A stretch of DNA of 64,000 nucleotides from an uncultured Bacillota bacterium (GTDB lineage Bacteria > Bacillota_I > Bacilli_A > RF39 > UBA660), in NCBI GenBank assembly GCA_947303895.1, contig CAMYZQ010000001.1, positions 5,779 through 69,778 of the forward strand, written 5' to 3'. Shown here in pieces: positions 9,328 to 18,982 of the stretch. Under the pieces are notes generated by a model that had not been told where the DNA came from, made no database searches, and worked only from the letters and a program-made list of their open reading frames with translations. The translations under genes were made by a program, and so were the position numbers. The number at the start of each line of letters is the position of its first letter. Position 1 is the first letter of the stretch.

Positions 9328-10083
9328 ATGTCAAGTAATACAAGAATTGCTGAGGTATTTACACTACCCTCAAAGGGTTTAATATATGAAGAGGAAGTTA
9401 ATCCAGAAGTAGTGTTAAGTAGTATGACTACAAGGCATGAAATGTTAAGACTGTCAACAACAGAAGATAGCCAAAAAATAATGGCACAAATTATTGATGA
9501 TTGTATAGAGTCTGATTTGGGTATTTCTGCATATGATTTATGCCTTGGTGATTTCCAGTATCTTATGTTTATGTTAAGAGTTGTAACTTTTGGTAATGAG
9601 TATGAACTTAGAGGAAGATGCCCATATTGTGGGTTTGAACAAGTTACAAAATTACATTTAGATGAATTAGAAGTAAAAGAATATGATGATTCATTAGTTG
9701 ATTTATTAGAGCTTGAATTACCAAAATCAGGTAACAAAGTAAGACTTACTTTACAAACTCCAAGAATGTTAGATAGAATATCAACTAAAGTAAAAGAATA
9801 TAGGCGTAGGCATAAAGACACTGATGAAAATCCAGTAATTCTTTATAATATAATAGCATCAATTGAAGAATTAGATGATGAAAAACCTAATGCATTTACA
9901 TTAGAAGAGTGGGTTAAAAACTTACCATTAGCTGATACTAATGCTATTATAAATAGAATAGACTTGATAAATAACAAAATTGGTATAGATTTAAGTGTTG
10001 AAGGAGAGTGTAAGATATGTAAAACTACATATCAAGTACCCTTTCGCATCAACCAAACATTTTTTAGACCTGGTAGTGAATGA
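9328..10083 (+). CDS. tail assembly chaperone (gpG-like) with zinc-ribbon cysteines
   Basis: It occupies the canonical slot between tube and TMP; SD AAAGGAGAAAAA upstream; CPYCG...CKICK; overlapped by an ORF in another frame that ends exactly at the TMP start. Confidence 0.5.
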   Translation: MSSNTRIAEVFTLPSKGLIYEEEVNPEVVLSSMTTRHEMLRLSTTEDSQKIMAQIIDDCIESDLGISAYDLCLGDFQYLMFMLRVVTFGNEYELRGRCPYCGFEQVTKLHLDELEVKEYDDSLVDLLELELPKSGNKVRLTLQTPRMLDRISTKVKEYRRRHKDTDENPVILYNIIASIEELDDEKPNAFTLEEWVKNLPLADTNAIINRIDLINNKIGIDLSVEGECKICKTTYQVPFRINQTFFRPGSE

Positions 10084-10279
10084 TCCTGAATTTAAATCAG
10101 TCACTATGAATAATATTATTCAGGAGAAATATCAAATTTCTAAAAGAATAAATACTTCTTTTACAGAATTAGATGATATAACTTCTGTAGAAAGAAAAGC
10201 TTTATTAAAACTTATATTAAAAGATTTAGAAGAGCAAAAACGAATTATGGATGCTGCTAAAAATAAAGGCAACAATTAA
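9995..10279 (+). CDS. putative frameshift extension of the tail chaperone (gpGT-like); the segment is +1 relative to 9328..10083
   Basis: Its frame opens immediately after a TAA at 9992-9994; there is no SD and no ATG until 10106; a T6 run lies at 10060-10065 in the overlap; the stop TAA overlaps the TMP ATG (taATGgct at 10277-10281). Confidence 0.4.
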   Translation: MLKESVRYVKLHIKYPFASTKHFLDLVVNDPEFKSVTMNNIIQEKYQISKRINTSFTELDDITSVERKALLKLILKDLEEQKRIMDAAKNKGNN

Positions 10280-12615
10280 TGGCTAATACGGACACAAAGT
10301 TCAATGCAAAAAGCCCTAATGGTGTATTAGGAAATAACAATCAAACCCCTCAATTCTATGAAAAATATACATTTATAGATAAAGGTATAGAAGCTCAAAC
10401 TAAATTAAATGATAGGTATGAACAACAAAAGCGTTTACTAAATGACATAAAGGAACTTGAATCTAGAAAAAATGATCTTAAAGATGAAGAGCTGCGTAAA
10501 CTTGATAGATATAAAGATAGATTAGAAGACATAAAATCAGAAATTAGTGAACAAGAAGAGTTATATAATAATATAAATGAAACATTAAAAAATACCTATG
10601 AAGTTAGTTTAGATAATGAACTTAAGCTAAGAAAAGCTCAGAAGGAAAGAAAAGAAGAAGAAGCATATTATGATAGAGAATTAGAAAGAATTGCAGAGGA
10701 AAGACTACGAGTTAAAACAAATTCTTCTATGACTTATGCTGGTAGACAAAATAGATTAGCTGAATTAGCTAATGAGGAGAAAGCTCAAAGGAATTTAAAG
10801 CGTAAACTAAGAGGGGAAAATTCTGAAGAATATGATAATTTCTTAAATGCTTTGGGAATGAATCCTGAAAATTCTTTTTCTGAAAATGATGCTTTAGCTG
10901 GCTTAAATACTATAGGTAATGCACTAGGTGTAGCAGTACCAGAAGTAGCAGTTATAAGAAAAGTTATGGAAAATGTTTCTTCAACTGTAAAACTCATTCA
11001 AGCTGGTCTTGGTGAACTTAGGAAAGATATGACTAAGTCAATAAACCAAGCTGCCAGTGCTATGGAGAGTTATTTTGGTAAGATACAAGCTAATTTGTCT
11101 GGTGCTGGAATAGATTATTATTCTATTCAAGATGATGTAGAAAATGCAATAGGATTTAGTAGGTTAGTAAAACAAACTGATTATTTAAATCAAATTGCAG
11201 ATTTAACCAATCAAGGTTTAGTTACAGATATAGAGCAAAGAGCTTTATTACAAACTATTAAGGATAGAACATTAACATCATTTGATGTAGCAAATGCTGG
11301 TTTAACTAGATTAGTAAGATTAGGTGAGCAAAATTCTGTAAATCAATTTGGTGTAGAATTACAATTAAGAAGATTATTAAATTCTCCAGTATTTGGAGAT
11401 GCAAGTTATCTTACAGGGTTATTTGATAGTGTTACCAATGCAGTATTAGATGCAAGTATTTCTACAGCTTCAGATCTTACAAACTTTAATTCAACAATTC
11501 AATCATATCTTGGTGCTATGTATGCATCTGGATTAAGTGATAATATTGTAAGTGCCATAGCGAGTGGTATAAATGCATTAGGTTCTGGTAATGTATCAGC
11601 TTTAGCTGGTGATGAAAGCATACAAAGACTATTCTTATTATCTATGGATAGAATAGGTATGGATTATGCCGATATACTACAACAAGGCTTAAGTTCTACT
11701 GATACTGCTAATTTATTAACTTCCATTATAGAATACTTAAATGAAATTGCTACAAATACAAGCGATAATTTAGTATTAAAATCATCATATTCAAGCTTAT
11801 TCAATATGAGTGTATCTGATATGGAAGCTATTCAAAATGTATATAGTAAAATAGGTTCTATATCTAGTTCTATTGTTAATGCAAATCAAGCTTCTACAAT
11901 TACTGCAAATGCAGTAACAGATATGGTAGCTGCTAATACATTAGCTTCTGAACAATTTGAAAACTTCTTTGCTAATTTTAGCTATGCGTTTGGATCTAAT
12001 GTTGCTGAAAATAATACTTTATACACTGTATATAGAATGGCTGATATATCTTATGATTTACTTGATGGTTTTAGTAAGGTTGGTGGCATTTTAGGTAAAA
12101 CATTAAATGTGGCTAAACTGGTGCCAGCTGCAGTGCAATATGCCATTGGTGGTGCTAGTTTTATAAATATGCTAACAGAAGCACAATCAGGTCTTGGTGA
12201 GAATAATTTAATAAATTTATTAGGCTCATCAGAATCAACTTCTATATTTACTACTGCGGATAGTTCTACATCTAACTTTAAAACATTTAAACAAACAAGT
12301 TTAACTAATGCTATTCAAACTGCTTATGCATCTGCATCTGATTGGGAAGCTGGTGCTGAAGATGAAACATTAGGTGTATTGAAAGAATTATCTAAGACAT
12401 TAATGAAATTAGAGAATGGCGATGGCTATGCTTTTGCTGTTTCTGTTGAAGGTATGAATAATGCTGTACTTAGATCCTTCGCAAGTATATTTGCTGATGA
12501 AGATGCTATGATGGCTACATTTACAGGTGATAATACAGTACTCAATGATGCTTTATTCAATTACTTTGATGATACAACATCTAACTCTACAACTGCTGAT
12601 AAAGTTAATGCATAA
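10279..12615 (+). CDS. tail tape measure protein
   Basis: 778 aa; an N-terminal charged coiled-coil region (E/K/R-rich) followed by long Ala/Gly/Ser/Leu-rich segments; located after the chaperone pair. Confidence 0.65.
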   Translation: MANTDTKFNAKSPNGVLGNNNQTPQFYEKYTFIDKGIEAQTKLNDRYEQQKRLLNDIKELESRKNDLKDEELRKLDRYKDRLEDIKSEISEQEELYNNINETLKNTYEVSLDNELKLRKAQKERKEEEAYYDRELERIAEERLRVKTNSSMTYAGRQNRLAELANEEKAQRNLKRKLRGENSEEYDNFLNALGMNPENSFSENDALAGLNTIGNALGVAVPEVAVIRKVMENVSSTVKLIQAGLGELRKDMTKSINQAASAMESYFGKIQANLSGAGIDYYSIQDDVENAIGFSRLVKQTDYLNQIADLTNQGLVTDIEQRALLQTIKDRTLTSFDVANAGLTRLVRLGEQNSVNQFGVELQLRRLLNSPVFGDASYLTGLFDSVTNAVLDASISTASDLTNFNSTIQSYLGAMYASGLSDNIVSAIASGINALGSGNVSALAGDESIQRLFLLSMDRIGMDYADILQQGLSSTDTANLLTSIIEYLNEIATNTSDNLVLKSSYSSLFNMSVSDMEAIQNVYSKIGSISSSIVNANQASTITANAVTDMVAANTLASEQFENFFANFSYAFGSNVAENNTLYTVYRMADISYDLLDGFSKVGGILGKTLNVAKLVPAAVQYAIGGASFINMLTEAQSGLGENNLINLLGSSESTSIFTTADSSTSNFKTFKQTSLTNAIQTAYASASDWEAGAEDETLGVLKELSKTLMKLENGDGYAFAVSVEGMNNAVLRSFASIFADEDAMMATFTGDNTVLNDALFNYFDDTTSNSTTADKVNA

Positions 12616-12622
12616 TTAATTA

Positions 12623-12922
12623 TTGGATAAAATAATGCAAGAATTTAACAAAGTTACTACAACATCAAACTTTATAAAAAATCTTTTAATTAGTACATAT
12701 TTACCACTAATAAGAACAGTAAGAGACTTTGATTATATAATTGAAGGTAGATTATATGTTTATAAATGCGAGATTATAAAATGTACTAAAAGTGGCTATA
12801 TTGTTACTGGATTTAAAAATGTAAAATTTGATGGTGATAGGGCTACTTACAGAGTTATAACTGAATATTATTTTGGTGATAAGAATGATAAGTTATGCAC
12901 CAATTCACGAGAGATTAGGTAA
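12623..12922 (+). CDS. hypothetical protein (99 aa)
   Basis: ORF overlapping the next gene by ~40-50 nt. Confidence 0.35.
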   Translation: MDKIMQEFNKVTTTSNFIKNLLISTYLPLIRTVRDFDYIIEGRLYVYKCEIIKCTKSGYIVTGFKNVKFDGDRATYRVITEYYFGDKNDKLCTNSREIR

Positions 12923-14945
12923 ATATCTCAGAAGTCTTAGAGATATGTATGACTTAAATCTTATGCCATTATATAATTGTTTTAGTAATAAGATATTACA
13001 AGTACATCATATATCTAATTCAGGTATAGAAAGAACGTCTGCAGATTATAATACAAAAGTATATAAAGTTCCGATTAGGTTTAATACGGATTATACTATA
13101 TGTATGGATAATTTAGGTGTTACTACATTCGCTCCAGCATTTATTAAGAATAATAATTTAATATTATTGAATAATACGCGCTTTGGAAATGGTGTAGATG
13201 CTACTAATAAGTATATTAAACTGCATAGAACAGATGTTATACAAAATAAATCTAATATGAGGTTTAAAGCCCCTATTGTTATTAGGTATAATAACATACC
13301 TGAAACTAAAAAGGTAACTTATTTTGAAAAATCTGTAGCTGTGCTTGATTATTTACATAATGATAATTATTATGTAGAACTATATGAAAATGCTTTACCA
13401 AGAGTATTTTACTATATTAGGAATGATGGTATTTATGATCTTGCACAAGACCTTACATATGAAGAATTTATAGCAAATAAAACTAAGTATTATTATTCAG
13501 ATAATGGTGTTATAAAAAGATGTACTGCAGATAGTGAGTTTGATAGTGATAAACACTATTATACATTAAAAACAAGTGCTACAGGCCATACATATTTAGT
13601 AACAAATTTAACTCCAGAAACAGCTGAAGATACTCAATTATATATAGGTGTAGAACCTGCAACAGGCAGAATAGATTCTACATTTAATATGAATAAAAGG
13701 TATTTCTGGAGAGAAGGTAAAACCATATATACTGATATTGAAACTTGGCAAATAGATGATACATTATATATGGACGAAGATGAATTATCTGCTTCTTATG
13801 ATGATGATAATAAAACTATAGAATTAGTTACTGATGCAACTAGATTGTATGACGCGCCAGATTTCCAAACAGTTTGTTTATGGGATAGATGTTCTAAATA
13901 TCACACATATAGTACATCAGAAGTATATTATACAAGAACTAATGGTGTATTTGAAGTTTGGAATTATGAATTAGGCGAAGAAACATTTAATAAAAATAAG
14001 ACTTTCTATTATATACAAAATGCAGATGGTCAGTATATACAATGTTCTGCTGGTGATACATATTCAAGTACTACACAATACTATGTGTATATGAATGAAG
14101 AATATATAACTGTTGCCGAGTACTATTTCATTATGAATACTACTGATTTCTATTTAGCAACAGGTTTTAGACAAAAGCCTGAAACATACTATATATTAAC
14201 AAATGGAGAATTTGTACAATTAACTGGTACTGCTGTATTTGATATGAATTCTACATATGCTATAAGACCTAGAAGAGAAACTTTCCCTTGGAGAGTTAAA
14301 GATGAATCTGGTAGCTTAGTACCTACTTCTGATACATATATGGTAGAAGGTACAGTATATTATTCAAGTTATGATCAAGAAATAGCTAAACAATATGTAT
14401 ATGACATAACTGAAGAAAATTGTGCTTTATATGATTACTTAGAAGATAATTTATATCTTTTAATACAAGTACCAAAATCATATGATGCTAGTATAGTAAT
14501 ATTAGAGGGTAATTATACTAATACTCAATCAGAAAAAATATTAGATGATTCTGAAGTTGAAATGCTACCAGCAACACTTGTTGATTATTTATATACATCA
14601 AGTTTAAAACTTATGGAAATGCCATATTCAACACAAGTTCCATTTTCAGATACATTGGTAGAATTCTTGCTATGGAATGCTATTAATAATCTTGATAGTA
14701 TAAATAATAATATGGATAGATTGTTATTAGCTATGAGTAAAGTATTAGATAATACATTTGGTGCTAATCATTTTGCTAATTATTGGTATCCACAATATAG
14801 AAAATTAGTAAGTGATATTGGTAGAAATTATAATAATATTGTAGTTACTGATAATTTAGGTTATGTAACTAAGAATCTTGAACAAGTCATTAATACTACT
14901 AGAAACAGTGATTCGTTTATAAATGATTATCCGTATGGGAATTAA
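12873..14945 (+). CDS. Tyr/Thr/Asn-rich tail or baseplate structural protein; the true start is probably the ATG at 12885
   Basis: The first large ORF after the TMP; the track start is TTG; ATG 12885 is preceded by GGTGA; the composition is rich in Y/T/N/D, as in distal tail or baseplate proteins. Confidence 0.4.
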   Translation: MVIRMISYAPIHERLGKYLRSLRDMYDLNLMPLYNCFSNKILQVHHISNSGIERTSADYNTKVYKVPIRFNTDYTICMDNLGVTTFAPAFIKNNNLILLNNTRFGNGVDATNKYIKLHRTDVIQNKSNMRFKAPIVIRYNNIPETKKVTYFEKSVAVLDYLHNDNYYVELYENALPRVFYYIRNDGIYDLAQDLTYEEFIANKTKYYYSDNGVIKRCTADSEFDSDKHYYTLKTSATGHTYLVTNLTPETAEDTQLYIGVEPATGRIDSTFNMNKRYFWREGKTIYTDIETWQIDDTLYMDEDELSASYDDDNKTIELVTDATRLYDAPDFQTVCLWDRCSKYHTYSTSEVYYTRTNGVFEVWNYELGEETFNKNKTFYYIQNADGQYIQCSAGDTYSSTTQYYVYMNEEYITVAEYYFIMNTTDFYLATGFRQKPETYYILTNGEFVQLTGTAVFDMNSTYAIRPRRETFPWRVKDESGSLVPTSDTYMVEGTVYYSSYDQEIAKQYVYDITEENCALYDYLEDNLYLLIQVPKSYDASIVILEGNYTNTQSEKILDDSEVEMLPATLVDYLYTSSLKLMEMPYSTQVPFSDTLVEFLLWNAINNLDSINNNMDRLLLAMSKVLDNTFGANHFANYWYPQYRKLVSDIGRNYNNIVVTDNLGYVTKNLEQVINTTRNSDSFINDYPYGN

Positions 14946-14948
14946 TAA

Positions 14949-15638
14949 ATGGCTATAAGTGTAAAAAGAAAATCAAATTTAGGAATACCAACCGAAAATT
15001 ATATAGTTTTACATCATTTGCCAGCAGACCACCCTGCTCACAAGCTCATAATACCTGTTGATCCAGACGCTATTTCTGATAGTATGGGGGCTTCGTTTGC
15101 TGAAAATACTCCTTTAAGTAGGAGTGCTCCTATCTATTCATATCAGCATTCTGGACCAAGAAGTGTGCAGGTAAGTTTTACACTGCATAGGGATTTATGT
15201 AGAGAGTATAATCCTGGTGTTGATGATATGGTAGATGCATTAGTAACAAATTTAGATGCTTTAGTGCTACCTGATTATGATTCTGCTAGTAAAATAGTAA
15301 ACCCACCTGTTGTTTCATTAAAAATAAGAGATGAAATTTACATAAAAGGTGTAGTTACAGGTAGTGTTGGTGTTACTTATAGTTTGCCAATAATAAATTA
15401 TGGTACAGCTGATAAAGCAATATATAAATATGCTGTTGTTTCTATATCGTTTGGTGTGAGCGAAATTACTCCATATAGTGCTAGTATTTTACCTGATGTT
15501 GGTGGTAAGTACAGAGCTACTGCAGGGTTCACAGCTACTCCAAGCAATAGTAGTAATACATCTTCATCTACAAATTATTCATCAGTGTCAAGTAATACTG
15601 GTGGCGGTGGTAGTGTTCTGAGAGGTATGTATGTATGA
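14949..15638 (+). CDS. hypothetical baseplate-region protein with a Ser/Thr-rich C-terminus
   Basis: ORF; C-terminal TATPSNSSNTSSSTNYSSVSSNTGGGGS. Confidence 0.4.
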   Translation: MAISVKRKSNLGIPTENYIVLHHLPADHPAHKLIIPVDPDAISDSMGASFAENTPLSRSAPIYSYQHSGPRSVQVSFTLHRDLCREYNPGVDDMVDALVTNLDALVLPDYDSASKIVNPPVVSLKIRDEIYIKGVVTGSVGVTYSLPIINYGTADKAIYKYAVVSISFGVSEITPYSASILPDVGGKYRATAGFTATPSNSSNTSSSTNYSSVSSNTGGGGSVLRGMYV

Positions 15639-15964
15639 ATGTATTAACAAATAGAGCAATTAAATCAAGTAAATATTATTCAAGATATAATGGATTATCT
15701 TACTATTATAATAATTTAGATGATAAATATCAGCTTGAAACAAGACATTGGTTAAAAGAATTTATAGATACATCTAAAATTCAAACATACATAGTTAAAG
15801 AAAAAGATACTTATGATACTATTGCATTAGAATTTTATAATAATCCTACTTATTATTGGGTGATATGCGACTATAATAGAATCATTGATCCGTTTACTTC
15901 TCCAAAAGTAGGTACAGTATTATATTTACCATCACTAAATGCTGGATTGGAATTTGAAAAATGA
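15635..15964 (+). CDS. LysM-like tail protein (P2 gpX / PBSX XkdP-like)
   Basis: YIVKEKDTYDTIALEFYNNPTYYWVICDYNRIIDPFTSPKVGTVLYLP matches the LysM pattern (Y.V..GDTL..IA..Y......I...N.I..P....G..L.iP); the position matches XkdP-type genes downstream of the TMP. Confidence 0.5.
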   Translation: MNVLTNRAIKSSKYYSRYNGLSYYYNNLDDKYQLETRHWLKEFIDTSKIQTYIVKEKDTYDTIALEFYNNPTYYWVICDYNRIIDPFTSPKVGTVLYLPSLNAGLEFEK

Positions 15965-16500
15965 GTTATGAACTAGATGATGATATGAGGGAATTTTTAA
16001 TAAGGCATAAAGCTGAACTACAAAGAAATGATTTAAATGCAGTTTATACTGATATTCTTGATGAGTTTGGTAATGTATATATGCCGGAATTTACTAAATT
16101 TTTCTTAAGTAAGTGTATAAACCCATTAAAATATTTTAGTAAAACAATTCCTCAGGCTTGTTTTTATGAAATACCTGATATTGGAGAAAGATTAGAAATA
16201 AAACCAGGTACAACTGATATAGGTTTTAGTGCTTTTTTAAAATGTAATTCTTTAAAAGAAGTTTCTTTTCCAAGTTCTTTAGAGTATATAGGTAATAAAG
16301 CTTTTTATAACTGTATGCATTTAGAAAAAGTTTATTTTAGGTCTGAACTAACAGGTATGGGTAGTAATGTATTTGGATATTGCCCAAGATTATCAGATAT
16401 TTATGTACCTTGGTCACAAGATAGTGATGCTGATATAGAATCATTAGCACTATTTGGTATATATCCAGATACAAAAATTCATTATAATTCACACAAGTAA
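15961..16500 (+). CDS. BspA-type leucine-rich-repeat protein
   Basis: IGFSAFLKCNSLKEVSFPSSLEYIGNKAFYNCMHLEKVYF fits the F..C..L..I.IP.S.IG..AF..C 'LRR_5' repeat. Confidence 0.45.
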   Translation: MSYELDDDMREFLIRHKAELQRNDLNAVYTDILDEFGNVYMPEFTKFFLSKCINPLKYFSKTIPQACFYEIPDIGERLEIKPGTTDIGFSAFLKCNSLKEVSFPSSLEYIGNKAFYNCMHLEKVYFRSELTGMGSNVFGYCPRLSDIYVPWSQDSDADIESLALFGIYPDTKIHYNSHK

Positions 16501-18980
16501 TGGCTTACACATTTTCTAAAAGAGAAGGTCCAACTAAATATAGTCAAGTAAAAAACTTAACTTATTATGCAGCGCAAGGCTCATTAAATCCATTTGAGAT
16601 TAACCCGAGTACAGGTGGCAACTGTACATGGTGGGCTTGGGGCCGCTTTCTTGAAGTAATGGCTGTAGCTGGCCGTAGCTTAAAATGGAAATATGGCAGT
16701 GGAAACGCTTGTTCATTCTATAAAATAATGACTAATGGGGGATTATCTGGTGGTATAATCCCAAAGCCAGGCGCCATTGCTTGTTGGGGATATAATGGGG
16801 CCCCTGATGGTCCAAAAGGTAATCCTGGTCACGTAGCTTTTGTAGAGAAGGTAAATGTAGCTAAAGGTGAGATTCAAAGCATAGAAATATCTCAATCAGG
16901 TTGGTCTTCAGGCCCATTAAAAAATCAAACTTTATATCCGGGCAATGGACAGCGTGGTACTGGTGCTTGGAAACTTGGTTATTTAAATTCATATTTTAAT
17001 GGGTTTATTTATAACCCTGTAGATTTTGGAAATCCTTCAGGAATTTTAGCTGGCGGCACAGCTGATACAACTACTAGATCTAAAGAATGGTATATTTCTA
17101 AATATGGTACAGGTGCTTTAGTATATTTTGAATTACAAAAATATGGCTATTCACATAAAGCGTGTTGTGCAGTATTAGGTAATATGCAACAAGAGTCTGG
17201 TATAAGAGTTTATACTGGTGGTTCTTATGATGGTAATGGTTCTGAAGGCTTATGCCAATGGACATTTGGCAGAAAAACTGCTATGCAAACATATGCAGCT
17301 GCACATTCGGCTAGTGGCTCTTGGAAAAGTGTAGATGGACAAGTTGCATATTTAGTTTATGAATTAGAACATTCTGAAAAAGCTGCAAATAATGTTTTAA
17401 AAAATGATTCTTTATCCCTTGATGAAATGACAAAGGGATTTGAAGAAAAATTTGAGCGTGCTGGTGTACCTAATATGGAAGCCAGAATTAAATACGCTCA
17501 CGAATGGGACGTGAAAATGTCTGGTGCTGATGAAACTCTTGAAATGGTTTCATCAGTCAATATGCAGCAGAGAATAAATAGATTATATTCATCTGATAAT
17601 TATAGATATATAAATCTTGGAGAATCTGAGTACAGTGCTGGCCTCGCACAAAGGTCTAACGAATTAACAACTAATTTAAAAAATTATATATCAAAAACAG
17701 CATTTTCTCCTATTAATGGAACAGCAGCTTTTCCTGAAGCTATTGTAGGCAGCGGTCCAGAGAAAACAGCGAAAGAAAAATTAATTACAACTAAAGCTTC
17801 ATTTAGTTTATCAGATGCTTTAGTACAAGCACCTTTTGTTGAAATAACATTAGGTGAATATGTAATTGGAAGCTATAAAGCTTCTACTGATGATTATCCT
17901 AATTATATATCTAGGTTAGATGTTAAAAAAATTAATGGAGAAATAAATCAATATACTATTGGTTTAGTATATCAAATAAGACCAGGTGAAGATCCAAATT
18001 TAATTGATAAATTATTATCAACTATAAGATATAATAAAATTTCAATTAGGTATGGAGATTGTGAAAGTGGTGCTTTATTTAAAGATTCAGAAGCAATCAT
18101 TACAAATGTAGTAAATAATAGGGATTATGCGGGGTCAAGAATTACATATACTATATATGCTACTTCTGCTTGCAATTATGTAACTAGTGCTACATTTGAT
18201 TTTAAGGCAACTGTTGATAAACCTTCTAATGTGATTAGGGATTTACTATATAATAATACTGAAACATCAGAATTATTATTATCTGCTTTCCCTGGTATGA
18301 GAAATCTTACAGAAGTTAATAGTAAAAATTGGTTACCAACTAATGATACAGTATTAAATATAGCTGCAAAAGATAATAAAAATGTATTATCATATATTAA
18401 CTATTTAGTTGGTTGTATGAGTAATGTAACTAATAGTATTGATGATGTAATAAGAAATTCTTCTTATTTCATTACATACGAAGATAGTACTAATGGTGCT
18501 TATTTTAAAATAAATGAATTAAGTAAAGCTAATAAAGCATCAGCACCTACTAATAATTTATTTGAAATAACAGTTGGATTTCCTGATGGGAATGATATTT
18601 ATGATTTCAAAATAAATAATAATGAAGCGTGGTCTATGCTTTACAAAACTGAGTCTGTTTCTAGTGAATACTTATATGGTATAAATAATGCAGGTCAAAG
18701 TACTTTACAATATTCACCTAATCTTGTAGGTTCATCAAATATATTAAATGAAATTCAAAAAAATTGGTGGACTCAAATGACTACATACCCAATATCTGCT
18801 CAATTAACAATGAGAGGATTATTAAAACCTATTTCGTTAATGGATTATGTTCAAGTAAATGTAGTATTTTATGGTCAAAAACATATTTCAAGTGGGTTAT
18901 ATGCAGTTACAGGTCAACAAGATGTATTATCTGGTAGTGGTTTCTTAACTAATTTAAGTTTACTAAGAGTTGGAGATTAA
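16500..18980 (+). CDS. tail-associated lysin paralog 1: CHAP peptidase + phage-tail-lysozyme-like domain + conserved ~460-aa C-terminal structural domain (possible hub/gpD-like)
   Basis: CHAP signature GGNCTWWAWGRF...GHVAFVEKV; a second domain CAVLGNMQQESG...GLCQWTFGRK resembling TMP/tail lysozyme domains; a C-terminal region starting LYSSDNYRYI and ending SGLYAVTGQQDVLSGSGF..LSLLRV that is shared with the next two ORFs. Confidence 0.7.
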   Translation: MAYTFSKREGPTKYSQVKNLTYYAAQGSLNPFEINPSTGGNCTWWAWGRFLEVMAVAGRSLKWKYGSGNACSFYKIMTNGGLSGGIIPKPGAIACWGYNGAPDGPKGNPGHVAFVEKVNVAKGEIQSIEISQSGWSSGPLKNQTLYPGNGQRGTGAWKLGYLNSYFNGFIYNPVDFGNPSGILAGGTADTTTRSKEWYISKYGTGALVYFELQKYGYSHKACCAVLGNMQQESGIRVYTGGSYDGNGSEGLCQWTFGRKTAMQTYAAAHSASGSWKSVDGQVAYLVYELEHSEKAANNVLKNDSLSLDEMTKGFEEKFERAGVPNMEARIKYAHEWDVKMSGADETLEMVSSVNMQQRINRLYSSDNYRYINLGESEYSAGLAQRSNELTTNLKNYISKTAFSPINGTAAFPEAIVGSGPEKTAKEKLITTKASFSLSDALVQAPFVEITLGEYVIGSYKASTDDYPNYISRLDVKKINGEINQYTIGLVYQIRPGEDPNLIDKLLSTIRYNKISIRYGDCESGALFKDSEAIITNVVNNRDYAGSRITYTIYATSACNYVTSATFDFKATVDKPSNVIRDLLYNNTETSELLLSAFPGMRNLTEVNSKNWLPTNDTVLNIAAKDNKNVLSYINYLVGCMSNVTNSIDDVIRNSSYFITYEDSTNGAYFKINELSKANKASAPTNNLFEITVGFPDGNDIYDFKINNNEAWSMLYKTESVSSEYLYGINNAGQSTLQYSPNLVGSSNILNEIQKNWWTQMTTYPISAQLTMRGLLKPISLMDYVQVNVVFYGQKHISSGLYAVTGQQDVLSGSGFLTNLSLLRVGD

Positions 18981-18982
18981 TT

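Noticed and set aside
10040-10070. A conventional -1 programmed frameshift for the tail chaperone
   Set aside because: The -1 frame runs into TAG at 10065-10067, and no XXXYYYZ heptamer is present. Only the +1 frame stays open through to the TMP start.
12873-12922. A second programmed frameshift at the 12623/12873 overlap
   Set aside because: The overlap contains no slippery run. An internal ATG at 12885 with a GGTGA SD gives a normal overlapping start, and the track start at 12873 is a TTG.
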